From: a virus
Strand: one strand, 5' to 3'
Virus record (IMG/VR): IMGVR_UViG_3300031885_000005
Coordinates: 13,568-77,567 of that record
Length of the DNA stretch: 64,000 bases
Shown: positions 61,006 through 64,000 of the stretch, in pieces
Layout: the number at the start of each line of letters is the position of its first letter
How positions within the stretch are numbered: position 1 is the stretch's first letter
Notes under the pieces: model-generated
Database searches by the model: none
Seen by the model: the letters and a program-made list of their open reading frames with translations, nothing else
What the model was told of the DNA's origin: nothing
Program-made: the position numbers and the translations under genes

Positions 61006-61038
61006 TGTCCTTCTATACAAGAAGTAAAGGGAAAAATC

Positions 61039-61653
61039 TCATTCTTGCAAGTACTTTTTTAATCGTTTTCGTAACTTATTAAGTATCAATGAGATATTTT
61101 GAGAGGTCATTCCCATTTCTTTGCCAATTTCTTCTTGAGACATAGTGGGATTGCACATTAATAATTGGCAAATATTTTTCTCTTTTTCGTTTTTGCATTG
61201 ATTAAAAATATCCTCTATAATTAAATTTGATTCAATATTCCCCCGAGGTTCATTTACTTCAAAATTATCTATTATATTTTCTTCTTCTCCTTCTTCATTT
61301 ATTTGATAAATTGATTGCGTTTTTAAACTTTTTAAAAATTTTATTGTAGTAATAAATCTTGGTGTCCATTTCCATAAATAAGCAAATAGATAATTTTCAA
61401 AAGGTTTTTTTGGATTATATCTATTAATCATTTTTAATGTATCCAAATATAATTCTTGTTCTATATCACATAATTCAATTGATTTTAAATCTACTAATTT
61501 GAATTTTGATTCTCCATATTTAAAAGTATGAACATAAAATATATATTTAGATTTTTCTTTTATAATTTTCTGTAATAATTTAAAAATTTCTTCGAGTACA
61601 TTTTTATTTTTAGTTTTTTGATAATTAATAACCAATTCAGTTAGATTATTCAT
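61039..61653 (-). CDS. Sigma-70 family RNA polymerase sigma factor
   Basis: DIEQE...RYNP..PFENY region 2; SQEEIGKEMGMTSQNIS region 4 HTH. Confidence 0.8.
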   Translation of the reverse strand: MNNLTELVINYQKTKNKNVLEEIFKLLQKIIKEKSKYIFYVHTFKYGESKFKLVDLKSIELCDIEQELYLDTLKMINRYNPKKPFENYLFAYLWKWTPRFITTIKFLKSLKTQSIYQINEEGEEENIIDNFEVNEPRGNIESNLIIEDIFNQCKNEKEKNICQLLMCNPTMSQEEIGKEMGMTSQNISLILNKLRKRLKKYLQE

Positions 61654-63437
61654 ATTTCCCTCCTTTTTTTTGAGCACTATTAAATTTATTATAATTATTT
61701 TTTCTCCATTCAGATTGATAATCGGGAAATAAAATTCTAAATTCTTTCATAAAATTTTTGCTAAACTCTTTGACTGTATATTTCTCATTCTTGCTCATAA
61801 GATTTTTTTCCTAAAGGAAAAGAACATTCCTCATTCATCCCAAAGCAATTACATTCTTCTTGAACTGTTCTGCAATGTCCTTTTTTATGGTAAACGTAGA
61901 AATAATTGCAGGGAGCAGTTAATAATTTATATTCTTCATCCCAAACATTGCCTATTAAGTGGTCTCGAAAACAAGTAACTGAACCTTCATAATAAAAATT
62001 TTCAATAATCTCGCCAAGAGTAAACTCCTTATTACAAGAATAACAAAAAATGGCATTATTATCGAGGTTTACTTGCATTTATATTTCCTTTTCTGGTATT
62101 TTCCCACCTAATTTAATAAAAATTAATCTATATCTTAACCTTAATCTTACGTCTTTTATTGCCTCAACCATTTCCCACGTAGCCCCATCCCCTATCATTC
62201 TTATACTGTTTAGTATTTCTTGTTCTTGGTTATTTAATTCTTTTTTTGTATCTTGAGGAATTTTAGGAAAATTATCTCCTATTGATTTGTCTCGGTCTAT
62301 TCTTTCTGGACAGTCCGAACATCCTCCTCGTTTCTTACAAAAATTAATACTTCTATTATAATAGGGGCATTTAGGATTTGTGATTTTTTCTTCTTCCTTT
62401 CCCCAAATATTATTGTCTTGCCACATTTTAAAACAAGTAAAATACCACTCACAATCTCGGCACAATAAGTCATCCCAATCTTTTTGTGAGTCTTTAGGGC
62501 ATATCATTTTTAAATCTCCTTCAATACTTTAAATTTATTGGCAATAATTTTTGGATACCCATTGCAAGTAGTTTCTTTAATAATATCTTCTACTTCACAT
62601 AAAAGAGTAGCATTTATGGTGGGTTGTTTTCTTTGTTGTAAAAAAATATTCCAGCGATTTAAAATATCATTATTAATACTTTTCCAAAAATGAAATCCGT
62701 CTATTTCGTGTCCATATCGTTTACGAATAGAATTAACAAAATGAGAACATTCCCCATTGTAAATGTATATTTTCCCAATTTCATAAGGAGAACAATTTAT
62801 TTTCATCCAAAGATTAATTCCAAAATTAACTAAAGGATAATATTTATTATCTTTTTTTATTGTCCATTTATAAGCAATCATTTATTTTTTTCCTTTTTTT
62901 GTTAAATCTAAAATCTTATTTCCTGCCAATTTATATTGGTCTATTAACTCTTCCTTATTTAATTCAGTAGCCCCAAGATGTTTAGGTAATTTATTCTTTC
63001 TTTTGGCGATGATAAAAAATTCTTCTTCCAAATTATCTCCTTCTTTTTTGCCTCGTTTTTTTCCCAGAGCAATCGCCCCTTCCATTATTTCTAAATAATC
63101 ATTAATATCTATTTGCCAAATATGGTTCATTTTATTTTTTTAACAGTTCACAAACCCATCTTCGTCTATCTCATCTTCAATTAAATCTCTTAAATTATTT
63201 ACTAATTGCCGTAAATCTTCCAACTGTCCATAAGCACCCAAAGTGCTTTTATCTTCATTAACTATATCGCAATTATCGCCGCAATCTACGCATTTATGTT
63301 CTGGGTCTTTTTTAAATCCAAGAAATCCATACACAAAAATTACATTATTTTGATTACTCGCACAATATCTGTGTATATTTTCTATTAAATCTTTTAGCTC
63401 TGGTGTTAAATTATTTTCTTCTGTCATTTAGTCCTCC

Positions 63438-64000
63438 TTATTTCATCTTCTTTCTATAATCTTCTCGGCGTTCTTCTTCATTCAATTCAGCGTATCGTAA
63501 AGTGGTCTGAAGCGATGTATGCCCCAAAATCTTGCTTACTTCTGGTAATTGTATTCCTTTTCTTAACATTTCTCTTGCCCCCGAATGGCGCAATAAATGA
63601 GGAAAAACATTTTTATTTAAATGTTTCCCCATTTTTTTAACATAATAATTGATTTTACCAATAGAAATATTAAAAGCATTACTAACTTCTGGTTCACTTG
63701 CAAAACATTCTTGAATTTCCTTTCCTACTCTATCGGGATAATATGACTTCCGTTCCTTTTTTCCTTTACCAAATAATTTAACACTTCCTTTTTCGAAATC
63801 AAAATCAGTTCTTTTGAGATTTAATACCTCTTCCTTTCTTGCCCCTGTATAAAAAAAGAAATGAATTAATGCCCTGAATTTATTTGGATATATTTTTTTA
63901 CTATAATAAGTGATAAGATAAGAAATTCCTTTTTCTATTTCTTGTTCGGATAAATAGTCTGGGATTTTGTATTCTGTTTTCATTAATTTTAATTTAGTCC
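63438..64000 (-). CDS. Tyrosine recombinase/integrase (5' end outside window)
   Basis: TGARKEE, GKG.KER, HLLRHS, LGH...TT.RY; frame open to the window edge. Confidence 0.92.
   Translation of the reverse strand, partial: TKLKLMKTEYKIPDYLSEQEIEKGISYLITYYSKKIYPNKFRALIHFFFYTGARKEEVLNLKRTDFDFEKGSVKLFGKGKKERKSYYPDRVGKEIQECFASEPEVSNAFNISIGKINYYVKKMGKHLNKNVFPHLLRHSGAREMLRKGIQLPEVSKILGHTSLQTTLRYAELNEEERREDYRKKMK

Noticed and set aside
16750-62256. Short + strand ORFs within the minus arm (e.g. 17070..17384, 28032..28349, 41369..41692, 58314..58724)
   Set aside because: Phe/Leu/Ile/Ser-rich antisense translations of Lys/Glu-rich genes
63438-63983. Minimal catalytic-domain-only recombinase
   Set aside because: Reading frame stays open to base 64000, so the N-terminal domain probably lies outside the window
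1-64000. Stop-codon reassignment (alternative genetic code)
   Set aside because: Genes tile densely under code 11; TAG (6615, 14770) and TGA (ATGA overlaps) end genes at sensible positions
1-64000. tRNA/tmRNA genes
   Set aside because: No T-loop/cloverleaf pattern recognised in the few non-coding gaps; tRNAscan-SE/ARAGORN would be needed to exclude fully

Overview
Strongly AT-rich, gene-dense fragment of a large tailed dsDNA phage or prophage genome. No capsid, terminase, tRNA, rRNA or CRISPR array was recognised. Bases 1-14770 (+) form a siphovirus-like tail module: tail tube, chaperones, tape measure, Dit-like protein, a 1133-aa modular tail protein and three paralogous tail-tip proteins. 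Bases 14774-64000 (-) form one convergent arm. It carries a glycan/ribitol-phosphate biosynthesis cluster (TarI/IspD-SDR fusion, LicD, GT2s, PseB/CapD-like dehydratase, PIG-L deacetylase), host-type auxiliary genes (BT1-like MFS transporter, M16 and M50 peptidases, peptide deformylase, ribosomal protein bS21), replication/recombination genes (intein-containing PolB, primase-helicase, RecA, SbcCD-like pair, two resolvases, 5'-3' exonuclease), two DNA methyltransferases, an intein-containing nucleoside deoxyribosyltransferase-like gene, an amidoligase/M14 peptidase pair, a sigma factor, an XRE regulator and a tyrosine recombinase cut by the window edge. Best candidates for undescribed biology: (1) a phage-encoded CDP-ribitol/LicD glycan pathway abutting the tail genes, (2) a captured bacterial multi-ubiquitin domain fused to a phage protein, (3) an intein in an NDT-like enzyme, (4) structured RNA elements flanking the tail-tube gene. 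GATC appears strongly avoided. All family calls come from motif recognition by eye, not database searches.
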